Under the pieces are notes generated by a model. That model worked only from the letters and a program-made list of their open reading frames with translations, was not told where the DNA came from and searched no databases. Position numbers and translations under genes: made by a program. Shown in pieces: positions 36,206 to 46,961 of a stretch of 64,000 nt of DNA (position 1 is the first letter of the stretch; the number at the start of each line of letters is the position of its first letter). This DNA comes from Aegotheles albertisi (taxonomy: Eukaryota). The stretch spans positions 225,716-289,715 of the forward strand of contig JBDMAX010000536.1 of assembly GCA_039906565.1 (NCBI GenBank), in the 5' to 3' direction.

Positions 36206-36306
36206 CCCTAGGGAGTTTGCCTCAATGGCAGTTTGAACGCCCGTACATCCGTAAGCTCACTCTTCCGTAATAAGGCACGCTTCGAAACTGCCGAGGCCCA
36301 GCCCAC
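36206..36306 (-). CDS. ACADM: ACADM exon 5. It contains an in-frame TGA (minus-strand codon at 36257..36259) at a conserved Leu.
   Basis: (G)[32 protein letters not shown] versus human [34 protein letters not shown]. Acceptor ctgcag|, donor |gtaagt. 101 bp, which matches the human exon 5 length. The plus strand reads gctcac; gctaac would encode Leu. Confidence 0.9.
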
Positions 36307-38517
36307 CTGCAGTTGAAATATTCTGTTGACTAAAATGAGTTTCAAGTGGAACAGACGAGTGATTTTCAAAAATTATCAAAAACATTTTCCCTGCATACAC
36401 GTGATTGTGCACTGCGTTTGAATAGACATTCCCACGCAGGCTTTTTCAATAAAGCTTTGCCAGATGAGTAACGGATGATTTAAAATGTATAATTGGCAGT
36501 TCCGGGGTGACTGCGTGCTTGATGTGGGACAAGATGCACAAAGTGGCAAGAATGTACCACTAGGATCTTTCAACTTCTTCACATCTAAGAATTTCCTTAA
36601 AATTTCTTAGGAAGCAGAAAAAGGGCCACGGGGGCTCCTGAGCTACCACAGCACTTGGGAATAAAAAGAAAGTGTCCATAGCAGTTAGAAAAACACCCCA
36701 GTAACCTGTTTCTGACAGCAGCCAACATGCTGGGAAGTGCATAAGAATGCGTAACAATACTTTCTAAAAATACTTTTGCCAGCTTTCAGGTGACTTCCTC
36801 AGCCAAAAGTACCTTTGGTATCTTTGTTGCGCCAACCCTTGACAGACATTTTCTGTGAACTCGCCCAGGCTCTTTTTGAGCCCGTGTATAATTTTAGCAT
36901 CAACAGGGGCAATGAGTTTCACAACTTAGCTACACCCCGAGTGTAGAACCATCTCCTTTCATTTATTCTGAACCTGCTGTCTGCTGACTTCAGTCGATGC
37001 CTTCTGGTTGTACTGACAGGGGCAGTGAGCTGTCAATCTCTTCTCGCACTCTCCACAACACTGGTGTTTTAGGAATTTCTCACATGGAAGCTGTTCGGTA
37101 TCTTTTACCATCTTTGCCATCCTTTTAGGAACCTCCTCCATTGCCACAATGCTCTTTTGAGGTGGAAGGAGCAGACTGTGTCATGAATTAAAGAGGTGAG
37201 TGCAATTTGGATTCAAGCTGCGGCGTAATTACAGCTTCTGCTTTTTTCTTCATTCCCTTCTTAATTTCTGACCTTAAATTTATGGTTTTGACCACTTTTG
37301 CTGACATCTTCACAAAACTATATATTACAACCCCCCACATCTCTTCTTTTCAAAGGTATTAACTCATTCAGAAGACACTATTTATCTAGGAAGTTTGGAT
37401 TGCTTCTTTACTTTCTTGTGTGCATCACTCCTCCTATTTTGAATTTCACCTGCCTTTTTAACAGTCCCTCAGCTTCACAACCTTCTCCTACAGCTCTTTG
37501 CACAAGCCTCATCTTTTCTCTACTGAATAACTTAGTATTGTAAACTCTGTGACCTCACTGTTGACCTCCTTTTCCAAATTATTTATGGATATCCCAGAGA
37601 GCACAAGCACCAGCCAGATTGTGCTCTACTTCAGGGAACTCTAATAATTTTTTGTGCCACGACTTCCTTTTATGAAAACCCTTCTCTAGCAGGTCATGTT
37701 TATGTGTGTGTCCCCTACCTCTGTACTTCATCTTACTTGCTCTTAGTTTACGTGGTGGACCAGGCTTACTGGTATGTATTTTCCCAGCTCTTCCTTGCAG
37801 AACTTGTCAAGCAATGGTGTCCAATTTGACACTTGTAGGTTTTAATTTAATAACCAAGTGATTATACAATGTGCAGCTATTTAAACCTTGAGTTTCCCTG
37901 GATTTGTGGCTGAATAAACGTGACCCTCACAATTGCTCCTTTTCTCTCTTCGATCCTTAATCGTGTTTATTAAATTTTGGTACAAAATATACACTCTGGT
38001 AAGCCTTCAAAAAAACCAGGGCCTGCTATGGACATTTCCCCAAGGTCGTTCGCAGGTAATATATACATGTAAAAAAGAAAATCTAAAATTTAACACCTTT
38101 TCCATGGTTTTCCATACCTAAGCACTGCCAAAGTATGGCTTTACCCCACCTCGTCTAAACTGGAAAACTCCTTCTGGAATAAACTCTTGAACTGCTCCCG
38201 CCGGGGTCAGGGACCAGATCAAAATACGACCTTCTAATTTCTCTGCCTCATCAGCTGGCACCGTGCACCAGGGGAACATCAGGCAATTGTAATCATGGTA
38301 CAAAATCTGGTCATAAATTACTAAATGATGATCTAATTTGTTGCCTGATTCCATCCCCCCCTAGTAACACTTGTGTGCGTCAGCCTGCCTACTGATTAAA
38401 TGCACATGATTCAAGTATGCAACTTTCCACTTTACACACAACCCATAATTAGACATAAAACTTCCTCCAGGACTTTTCTGTGTTTTATTTTACAGATTAA
38501 AAAGAATGTTTACTCAC

Positions 38518-38587
38518 CACAGCTTTCTGGTATGTGTGAATTCATAAGACCAAGTTCCCAGGCCCGCTTTATGAGCGGAAGAGGATA
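38518..38587 (-). CDS. ACADM: ACADM exon 4.
   Basis: [23 protein letters not shown](G). Acceptor ctttcag|, donor |gtgagta. 70 bp. Confidence 0.95.
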
Positions 38588-38693
38588 CTGAAAGAGACAG
38601 AGAAAATCACTGCCCGATTCATTGCAGTTAATGATTTAAATTTTACACAGGTTAAGAGAAATCTATTTTTTCTCCTACTGTATGGTAGATTCA

Positions 38694-38791
38694 CTTCTCC
38701 GGTTTTGTCATATTGTGCAGCAACTGGAATAATTTCTTCCACAGCAAATTTAGGAGCAGTAGCTTGAAATTCTTTCTGTTCATCAGTAAGT
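38694..38791 (-). CDS. ACADM: ACADM exon 3.
   Basis: (E)[32 protein letters not shown]. Acceptor aaaacag|, donor |gtgaat. 98 bp. Confidence 0.9.
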
Positions 38792-39636
38792 TCTGTTTTT
38801 TAAAAAAACAAAGGTAAAAAAAAAGTGTCATGAATTTTGCCAGTTGTCAGACTAGGAGAAAAGAGAAAACAAGCCTCAGTTCCCTCCAGGACAATCTAAA
38901 CCTCCAGCACCTGCCTTCCTGGACCTCTCCAGAAACCAAAGCAGCTCAACTTGCTCTTTCCCTCTGGAGAAAACCTCCACTGATCTCTAATCAACACCTA
39001 CAATGCACTTCCTTACTTCTGACAAAATTATTTTAAAAGTATTGAGAATAGAGTAGGGAGTAACACAGAATGTATTGCCAAAAGAAATGAAAAGCATGTT
39101 CCTTATCTGACGATTCTGGCTGCTCAAACACCTGGCTGCAGACCTGCTAAATTTGCTTTTACATAGATAACATGGCAAGATGCGGGTGAATTTCTTTTTA
39201 ATGTTTCTTTTTGATACATTGATTCATTTTGATTTATTGATACATTTTATTTTAACATCATTTTCACATTTTTACGTACTTAGCATTTATTTTAACACTT
39301 TATAACATTTCCTTCTAAGTTCAACTCTGCATTTAACATTTTGAAAGCCAATGTGAGATAATTATTCAAAGCAACTTTGGCAATATAAAAAGCTCCAGGC
39401 AGACATTAGTTAAAAAAAAGAAAAACTCATCTATATCACACACATACCTAGCTTTCCTGAGCTGGAGAAGAAAGTAATTCTGGATTCTGAATATTTTTAA
39501 AAAAGAATGGAAATCTATTCGGAATAAACATTGTGAATTCCTACTGAACTGCAATGTGGTTGTTTGGGGTTTTTCTCCCCTAACTCTGCAGTTTGTCCTT
39601 AACTGTTGTATTTCTTTCCAAACCAGCAATACTTAC

Positions 39637-39736
39637 CAAAGCTAAAGCCAGCTCCAGGTTTGCTTATGTGTACATTTTGAGCAGCTTTACTAGAAACTGA
39701 TCTCCACCCATGCCCTGCAATGGCTCGGAGCATCTG
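39637..39736 (-). CDS. ACADM: ACADM exon 2, the mitochondrial presequence region.
   Basis: QMLRAIAGHGWRSVSSKAAQNVHISKPGAGFSF. Acceptor cctttag|, donor |gtaagt. 100 bp. Confidence 0.9.
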
Positions 39737-40549
39737 CTAAAGGAAAAAAAAAGAACGTCAGGTGCAAGATCTTTGCAGCTCAAAGTCTCACAAAGCTGCT
39801 GGGACTGCAGCACAGGACGGGCCATGGAGGACACAGGCAATAACAGGTATCGACACAATGAAATAAAGTCTTTTCACAGAATACTGAAAACATGTCTAAA
39901 GTTAAAAAGTGAAGAAATGCAGGAAGAGCACTGCTAGGCACAGAAGTGCTGCATACTGAGCTGCTGAGGGAGATGTGTTGCTTGGAGGCTTCCCCAGCCA
40001 CAGCTGTTGCAAAATGGTTTATTGCTTTCTTACCCAAGTTCTACCTTCTCGCCTAAACTTCCTTGCCTGACTGCTGCTACTTGAAAACCAAACAAACAAT
40101 ACCCACAAACATCCAGAAAGACCTTGATCCTTCTACACATTTTATCTGGCAACAGACGAGAAGATGAGGCTGAGAAAAAGCCAGGTGACTGCCATCATGT
40201 TTGCTGTTTCTTGTTGAAGATGATCCTGTCAGATATAGCTTTGCCACCAAAAGGTTTTGTCTGAAAGCCCTGAATTCAAAATAACACTAAAGGTGATACC
40301 CTACAGGAAAGAAGGTGGCAAATTTATGCTGGAGAACCGGAGTTTTTGTGGTTTTCATACCTGAGTGATGTGCAAGGTGAACACCAGAGGTGTTCAAAGG
40401 TGGACAGACCCAGTGCTCCCCCCAGAAAAAGGGAAATGTGACTTGGACAGGGGGGTTCCTACTTGGAGGTGGCACAAAGGAGTGACAAAGGGCTGCAGTT
40501 CACTACCTGTAAGGATCTGGGTGAGCACCTGCCTGCTCTGTCACCCTCC

Positions 40550-41150
40550 CTACGGCCCGGCCCAGCGCCCTTCACCTTTGCCCCACTCCAGAAGCGGCTC
40601 CGGGCAGGGCCGGTGCCGAGGCCGCAGTGTCCGGCGGTCGCTTCGAGCGCTCCCTCGAGGAGCACCGGGGAGGGCCCAGCGGGAGGGCCCGGCCCCAGCC
40701 AACACTGCGGGTGTTTGTGTCCCGGTGCTGCCGGCAAAGGCAGCGGCGATGCCCCCCGAGGGGCCCTGGGGCCGCGTCCAGACCCGGCGGCGGCCGAAAG
40801 CCCCCGGGGCCAGGGCTGAGGCGCCCGCCCGGGCCCTGACGCCGCCGGCTGCGGCACGGGCTGGGCCCCGAGGCCTCCGGCCCGCCCCGGCCCCCAGAGC
40901 CCGTCCCGCCGCTCACCCGACCGGCTCCGATCGCCGACATCTTGGGGAGGGCGCCCGGCGGCCGCGGAGGCTCCTGGCAGTGCCCGGCGGGCGGGGCGGG
41001 CAGGGGGGGGGAGGTGCCAGGGAGGCCTTGCAGGGCCCGGGTGGGCTCTCCCCGGCCCTCGGGAGCTGCTTCCAGCCGCCCGCGGCTTTTCCCTGCCAGC
41101 GGGGAATCACAGAACCACAGCCTGGGTTGGGTGGGAAGGGACCTCAAAGC
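40550..41150 (-). promoter_or_regulatory. ACADM: ACADM CpG-island promoter and 5' UTR region.
   Basis: GC/CpG-rich block spanning the start codon. The long plus-strand ORF 40365..41318 here is judged a GC-composition artefact. Confidence 0.7.
40917..40940 (-). CDS. ACADM: ACADM exon 1, coding part (ATG at 40940..40938).
   Basis: ccccaag ATG TCG GCG ATC GGA GCC GGT CGG |gtgagcgg translates to MSAIGAGR, inside a CpG island. Summed coding sequence over 12 exons is 1272 bp, or 423 codons (human is 421 aa). Confidence 0.85.
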
Positions 41151-41400
41151 CCATCCAGTGCCACCCCTGCCATGGGCAGGGACACCTCCCACCAGCCCAG
41201 GGTGCTCCCAGCCCCATCCAGCCTGGCCTTGGGCACTGCCAGGGAGGGGCAGCCACAGCTTCTCTGGGCACCCTGGGCCAGGCTCTCCCCACCCTCACAC
41301 CAAACAATTTCCTCCTGATCCCCTCCCGCTCTGCTGTGCCCCGGGGATCCCAGACCCGCTGTGGGGTTACCGCTGCTCCCCTAAAAGCCAGGTCAAGCAC
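41100..41400 (-). mobile_element. CR1-like fragment (antisense) abutting the ACADM promoter island.
   Basis: gaatcacagaaccacagcctgggttgggtgggaagggacctcaaagcccatccagtgccacccctgccatgggcagggacacc matches the CR1 3'-region antisense pattern. Confidence 0.6.
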
Positions 41401-41588
41401 TCCCTAAGGCTCGTTCGGGCCTCAGAGAGCAGGCGTTCCCCATCGCAGCGCTGGGTGCTCACGGGAAGGGCTTCACATCGCTGAGCGCGCCTGTTCAACA
41501 TCACACAGCTTGTACAGTGTGATATAGGGGTACACAAACTCACTGGATCTCTGGGGAATCATTAGCACGTTCATAACCTCTACCGGGA

Positions 41589-41620
41589 TCATCATACATA
41601 CGCTAACATATGTATGATGA
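41589..41620. repeat. Perfect 12-bp inverted repeat (hairpin) at the 5' junction of the CR1 insertion.
   Basis: tcatcatacata-cgctaaca-tatgtatgatga. Confidence 0.6.
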
Positions 41621-41621
41621 A

Positions 41622-42650
41622 GAAGTCAGAGAGTTGTAGTCAATGGGACAGAATCTCGTTGGAGGTCTGTGACCAGTGGAGTCCCTCAGGGGTCGGTACT
41701 GGGACCGGTGTTGTTCAATATCTTCATCAACGACCTGGATGAGGGTACAGAATGTATCCTCAGCAAGTTTGCTGATGACACTAAACTGGGAGGAGTGGCT
41801 GACACACCAGAGGGTTGTGCTGCCATTCAAAGAGACCTTGATAGGCTGGAGAGTTGGGCGGGGAGAAACTTAATGAAATTCAACAAGGGCAAGTGCAGAG
41901 CTTTGCATCTGGGGAAGAACAACACCATGCACCAGTACAGGCTGGGGGCTGACCTGCTGGAGAGCAGTGTAGGAGAAAGGGACCTGGGGGTCCTGGTGGA
42001 CAGGAGAATGACCATGGGCCAGCAATGTGCCCTTGTGGCCAAGAAGGCCAATGGCATCCTGGGGTGCATTAGAAAGGGGGTGGTCAGTAGGTCAAGAGAG
42101 GTTCTCCTCCCCCTCTATTCTGCCTTGGTGAGGCCACATCTGGAGTATTGTGTCCAGTTCTGGGCCCCACAGTTCAAGAAGGACAGGGAACTGCTTGAGA
42201 GAGTCCAGTGCAGAGCCACAGAGATGATTCAGGCAGTGGAACATCTCCCTTATGAGGAGAGGCTGAGGGAGCTGGGTCTCTTTAGCTTGGAGAAAAGGAG
42301 ACTGAGGGGGGACCTCATCCATGTTTACAAATATGTAAAGGGTGAGGGTCAGGACGATGGAGCCAAGCTTTTGTCAGTGCTGACCAATGATAGGACAAGG
42401 GGCAATGGATGCAAACTGGAGCACAGGAGGTTCCATGTGAATCTCAGGAAGAACTTCTTTCCTGTGAGAGTGCCAGAGCACTGGAACAGCTGCCCAGAGA
42501 GGTTGTGGAGTCTCCTTGGCTGGAGACATTCAAACCCCGCCTGGATGCTTTCCTGTGTGATGGACTCTAGATGACCCTGCTCTGGCAGGGGGGTTGGACT
42601 AGATGATCTTTCGAGGTCCCTTCCAACCCCTAGGATTCTGTTGTGCTGCA
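41622..42650 (+). mobile_element. CR1 LINE, 5'-truncated (ORF2 C-terminal and 3' UTR).
   Basis: ORF 41669..42574(+), 301 aa, with [30 protein letters not shown] and [29 protein letters not shown]. The 3' end ...cccttccaacccctaggattctg is at about 42640. Confidence 0.9.
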
Positions 42651-43299
42651 CAGAGTCAAATTGACGCATGTCATCGTCTGCATTTTTGGTGGCTAATACG
42701 ATTGCTTTGGAGTAGGTCAGTGCACATTCTCACGCTCAGTTACCTGGGACAAATGCAAACTCAGTGTACCATGAAAAATTTCAGCACACAACATGACATC
42801 CAAAAGATGATGTATGTCTCTGCTGTGATGTTTCTATCATGCCTCAGAGGAAACCTATTTTAATGCACAGCTGCCAAAAGAACCACAGGTCTTAGAGCAA
42901 AAAAACCACACAGTAACTGGGGTGCATTTTCTGTCACATAAATTGGCAGAACTGCAAAAATGCATGAGATGGGACATCAGCCACATTTTTCTGAGTGGCT
43001 TTTGGGTTTTTTTTTTCTGCAGTGGTAAATTTGAATTGAATTAAGTCCCAGTGCTGGATACTGTAATGATGCCTGTCTGGAAGGACTGAATCGCTAGATA
43101 AAGAAACAAGGGAAAGCTAAGGCATGTCTACAGAATTTTGAGGTGTGAAGGAATCTAGGTATGATATTAAAATAAATTCTTTAACTCTGCAGAGAGTTTC
43201 TTTCTTAAGCCTAGTAAGCAACAAATAGGACACACAGTATGACAAAAAAAACTTCAGCCAAATTCTGACTGTCACACCCACAGCATGCAGTGTGGCTGG

Positions 43300-43920
43300 A
43301 GCAGAGCAGGCTCCTCATCCAAACCATGACTCCACATTAGCAGTAAAACCTCTTTATAAAAGGGAAGCAGCTGCTGTGCTCGCTTGTTCCAGCTACACTT
43401 TAGCAGCTCAGTGTATAGTGGCTCCCTCTCTGTGCACCTTCCCTTTAGCTGTGCGTGGGTTTGATCCCCCTGAGGCTTCCCTGTGCTGAACAGATGTGGC
43501 TCGCTCAGCCTTTCCTCATACGAGAGGTGCTCCAGGCTGTTACCTTGGTGGCCCTTCCCTGGTCTCTCTCCAGTACGTCCATGTCTCTGTGTACTGGGGA
43601 GCCCAGAGCTGGACACTGTATGCATGTGTCCCACCTATGCTGAGCAGAGCCCTGACAGGCTGGCAACAGCCCTCTGAGTGCAGCCCAGGGCACCATGGAC
43701 CTGCTTTGCCTCAAGGGCCTGATGGCTCCTCGGCAGCTTGGTGTCTACCAGGAGCCCCGGGTTCTTCCCTGCCAAGCTGCTCTCCAGCTGGTAGCCCCAG
43801 TGTGTGTCGGTGCCTGGGGTTGTTCCTTCCCAGGGGCAGATGCTGCTCTCCTCTTTGAGCTGCATGGCTGGGAGGGAGATGGTAGCGTCTTCTGGGAAGT
43901 TGTGTATTGATACCAAAACT
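43300..43920 (-). mobile_element. CR1 fragment of a different subfamily (antisense).
   Basis: ORFs 43272..43634(-) and 43635..43916(-) give LEHLSYEERLSEPHLFSTGKPQGD and LVDTKLPRSHQALEAKQVHGALGCTQRAVASLS, which are CR1 ORF2-like motifs. Confidence 0.7.
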
Positions 43921-46299
43921 ACTGGAGTTTGGCTGTTTGCCTGTTTAGATTTATGGAATGCTGCTCAAGTTCCTCCAGAGAGGTGGTGTCTGTCTGTGGT
44001 GGAGCTCCTGGAAGGGAGACACTGAGAAGTGCACTCGGGACTGCTGGCAGCTCTGCCTGCTGGTGCCCTGCTCTCCGCTTGAGGATGGCAATAGGTTGCT
44101 GACAGTGTTTATTGGCTCTGGGAGATTTTAAGAGGATAGGCAAACATTGTTAAAGAAAGGGCTTGCACAGATCTGATCCTGCCCTGGGGCAGTACTGTGG
44201 AATAAAGGACCTTTGGAGGCTTTTGCAGACTTTTTGTTTGTTTGGTTTGGTTTTTTGATGGAACGATTGCACTTTCATGTACAGTGATGCTTTAGTCTGA
44301 TCTCCTCAGGGTGCACTGCTGCTACACTTGGAGTTCGAGTGTTTGTGTTCAGGTTGCATCTTTGAATCATTGGCATTTGGGCAGCAGCTTGTGGAAGTTT
44401 TCCAACCAGTGGCTTCTTATAAAGAGTTCAGACTTGGCCTCTCCCATTGCCCAGGGAAGGTAATGTTCAGATAAACTGGAGCAGATGAACACATTTCCTC
44501 TCTTTGGACACCAGCTACTTACTATCTTGGTGAATCTGGGTGCAAACGCTCCTGAAATGGCTGGGATTTGGCTTCTGACAGCTCTTCTGAACCTGGGTGT
44601 TTTGTTTTCAAGGCAGCAGTGGAAGCAGTGAGCCGGTGCTGCTTAAGGCTGCCTGAATAGGAGGCACAAGCAAGGCAGCTGTGGAGTTCACTTTTAAAAT
44701 AGAACCATTAGGAGAAAGCTGGGAACAAGCATGGAAAAACTTTTGGGCCCTGATCCTGCACTCATCCCTGTGGCAGTGGGTGACTGACGGGCTTTGGTGT
44801 TGGTAGGGACGGAGAGAATGACACAAATCTTCACTGCTGGGTCAGGCTGGGGCATTGAGGTCCCAGTTCTCTGATGGTGTTTTTAGAGATGCTTTTGTAC
44901 AGAGTTCAGAAAGGTGCCAGAATGGTCCAGTAGCAGCACAGATTTATTGCTCAGTTGTTTGGTATTTTAAGATCTGTGCACAAGCCTGACTTAAGGAAGG
45001 GGGTGTTGCGCAAGAGACCTGCACATTATGTGTTTCAAAAAGTCAGTGTCGTGGTGTTAGGGAAATTGTAGAGAGGCCAAATGGAAGAGGGATCTTCTGT
45101 TACAAACACTTTGGCAGACACGACTTCTCTACAGGTTCAGGATGTCACTGTGTGTATTTAAATCTGAGCTTAGAACAGGGGCTCAGAATGTGCATAACGT
45201 GATTTACAGACTCCAAGGGCAGATTTAGTCATTGCCATCCTCACACAACGCTGAGGATAATGACACAGGCAGACCTCTTCTGTTCAAAAGCTGAAAAACT
45301 TCTCAGCAGTGGAGAGGAATGAAGGCATTTTTGCTAAAGCTTTACTGTGGTGACTTGCTGCCCAGTGGAGTGGAGTTATTCAAAGTATTAAGAACCTTTG
45401 CTTTGTTAGAAAACTGCTGCAAACAAGCAGGCTGTCCTAGCTCTTTTTTGGAAGACAGTGCTCTTCTAACTTGATCTCCTAGAACTTCAGCAGAGCTGTT
45501 CCCACCACTCCTCACCGGTGTTAATCTGAAGTCAGGCAGTAGCAGAGTAGCAGACTGTGCTGAGCAGCAGAGTACTTCTTGCTTAATCTGAAAAAGCAAG
45601 AACATAAGTTCAAAAGACTGTTTCAGATGTTTCTGTATATTTATCCCACGGAGATGTGTACTCCTTAAAATGACCATTTATGGAGCTCTCTTGTGCTCCC
45701 AGAGCAGCCCATGGTGTCGGTTGTGAAGGGGCAGAAAGCTCTGAGCTCACGTTTGCGTTCAGTGAGTTTGGAGCAAGCAGTTTTTTATATAGCATTTGGA
45801 TTAAAAGCAGGAGAATGAAACAGTTTGCCTTTCTTGAACAGGTGGGAATCCTTAGCTGTGCTGCTTCTCCATAAGGCGCAGCAGTTCAGCAGCTGGCGCC
45901 CCAGGACCAGCATCACCTCTCAGTGCAGCGCTGGGCGTTTGCCTGCTCGTACAGACGGTGCGGGTTTACAGTCCAGTGAGTCGCTGAATCGCAGCTGAGA
46001 TAAAGAGGTTGTCGTGTTGGCTGGGAGATTTTTGATTAGCAAGGGGAGAAAATGGTGTTGGGAAGTGCTGGTTTGAGTCTGTGCTGTGTTTGAAAACAAA
46101 ACCTCATTTTTTTGAAAGGAAAACTGGAAAGCTTTTGCTTGGCTTCTGCCTGCAGTGCTGGATGGTGCCCTCGCTGTCAGTACTGGTTACACTGCTGGGT
46201 CAGGAAGGCTTGAGAAGATAACTTCCCTGAAGAGGCCCCAGGGTAGCAAATGCAAACTAAAAAAGAAAATAAACTGCCCTCTCAGTACAAGCAAAAAGC

Positions 46300-46302
<3 letters not shown>

Positions 46303-46333
<31 letters not shown>
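46303..46333. repeat. (GT)n microsatellite, about 15 units.
   Basis: gggtgtgtgtgtgtgtgtgtgtgtgtgtgtgtg. Confidence 0.95.
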
Positions 46334-46334
<1 letters not shown>

Positions 46335-46961
46335 CATTCCACATTCCCCTGTTACTTTGGGGTTGTGGTTATGGGAGCTGGGAACGTTTGAACATGTTTG
46401 TGATTTTTTGGTTTGATCTGTGCAGTGACACATCTGCTGAGCTTTGGGTGCACACAGGTCAGCAGGCTGGTGCCTCTGGTGTCAGGAGAATGGAGAAAGT
46501 AGCAATAGGAGTATTTTTATCATGGAAAGGTTTGTCTTTACCAGAACTCGGAAGGAGGAGGAGGATGGCGGAGCACGTGTCTTGTTCTGATTTTGTTCAG
46601 CAGCCCATTCGCTCCCAGGACAGCGAATGGCTCATCCTTACGGTGAGCTGTGGTTTTATTTATGATGCCCAGAAAACTTGATGTGTTGAAGTTGCATGTA
46701 AAAGTGTACTTTTCATGAAAAAAGTTCTGCTGATCCTTGTGTTTGGTTACACATGCAGGCAAATCTAGTCTGCCATGTCTTTCCTCTACTCGTGCAGTTG
46801 TTTTTGGGTGGAAGTGGGGAAGAAGAGTGGTAGACCAGGGCTGATCATGATTTTTCCTCTCTAGTGTCCTCCCCTCATTCTTTGCTCTTTCACTGCTTTC
46901 AGCTCTTCTTTTCAAGGCTCCTCTTCTTCTCTGGGAGGATGTTGTCCCACGGGGAGGTCTC

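Noticed and set aside
40365-41318. 317-aa plus-strand ORF across the ACADM promoter.
   Set aside because: It is antisense to ACADM exon 1 inside the CpG island with GC-artefact composition. The real coding strand here is minus (MSAIGAGR followed by a GT donor).
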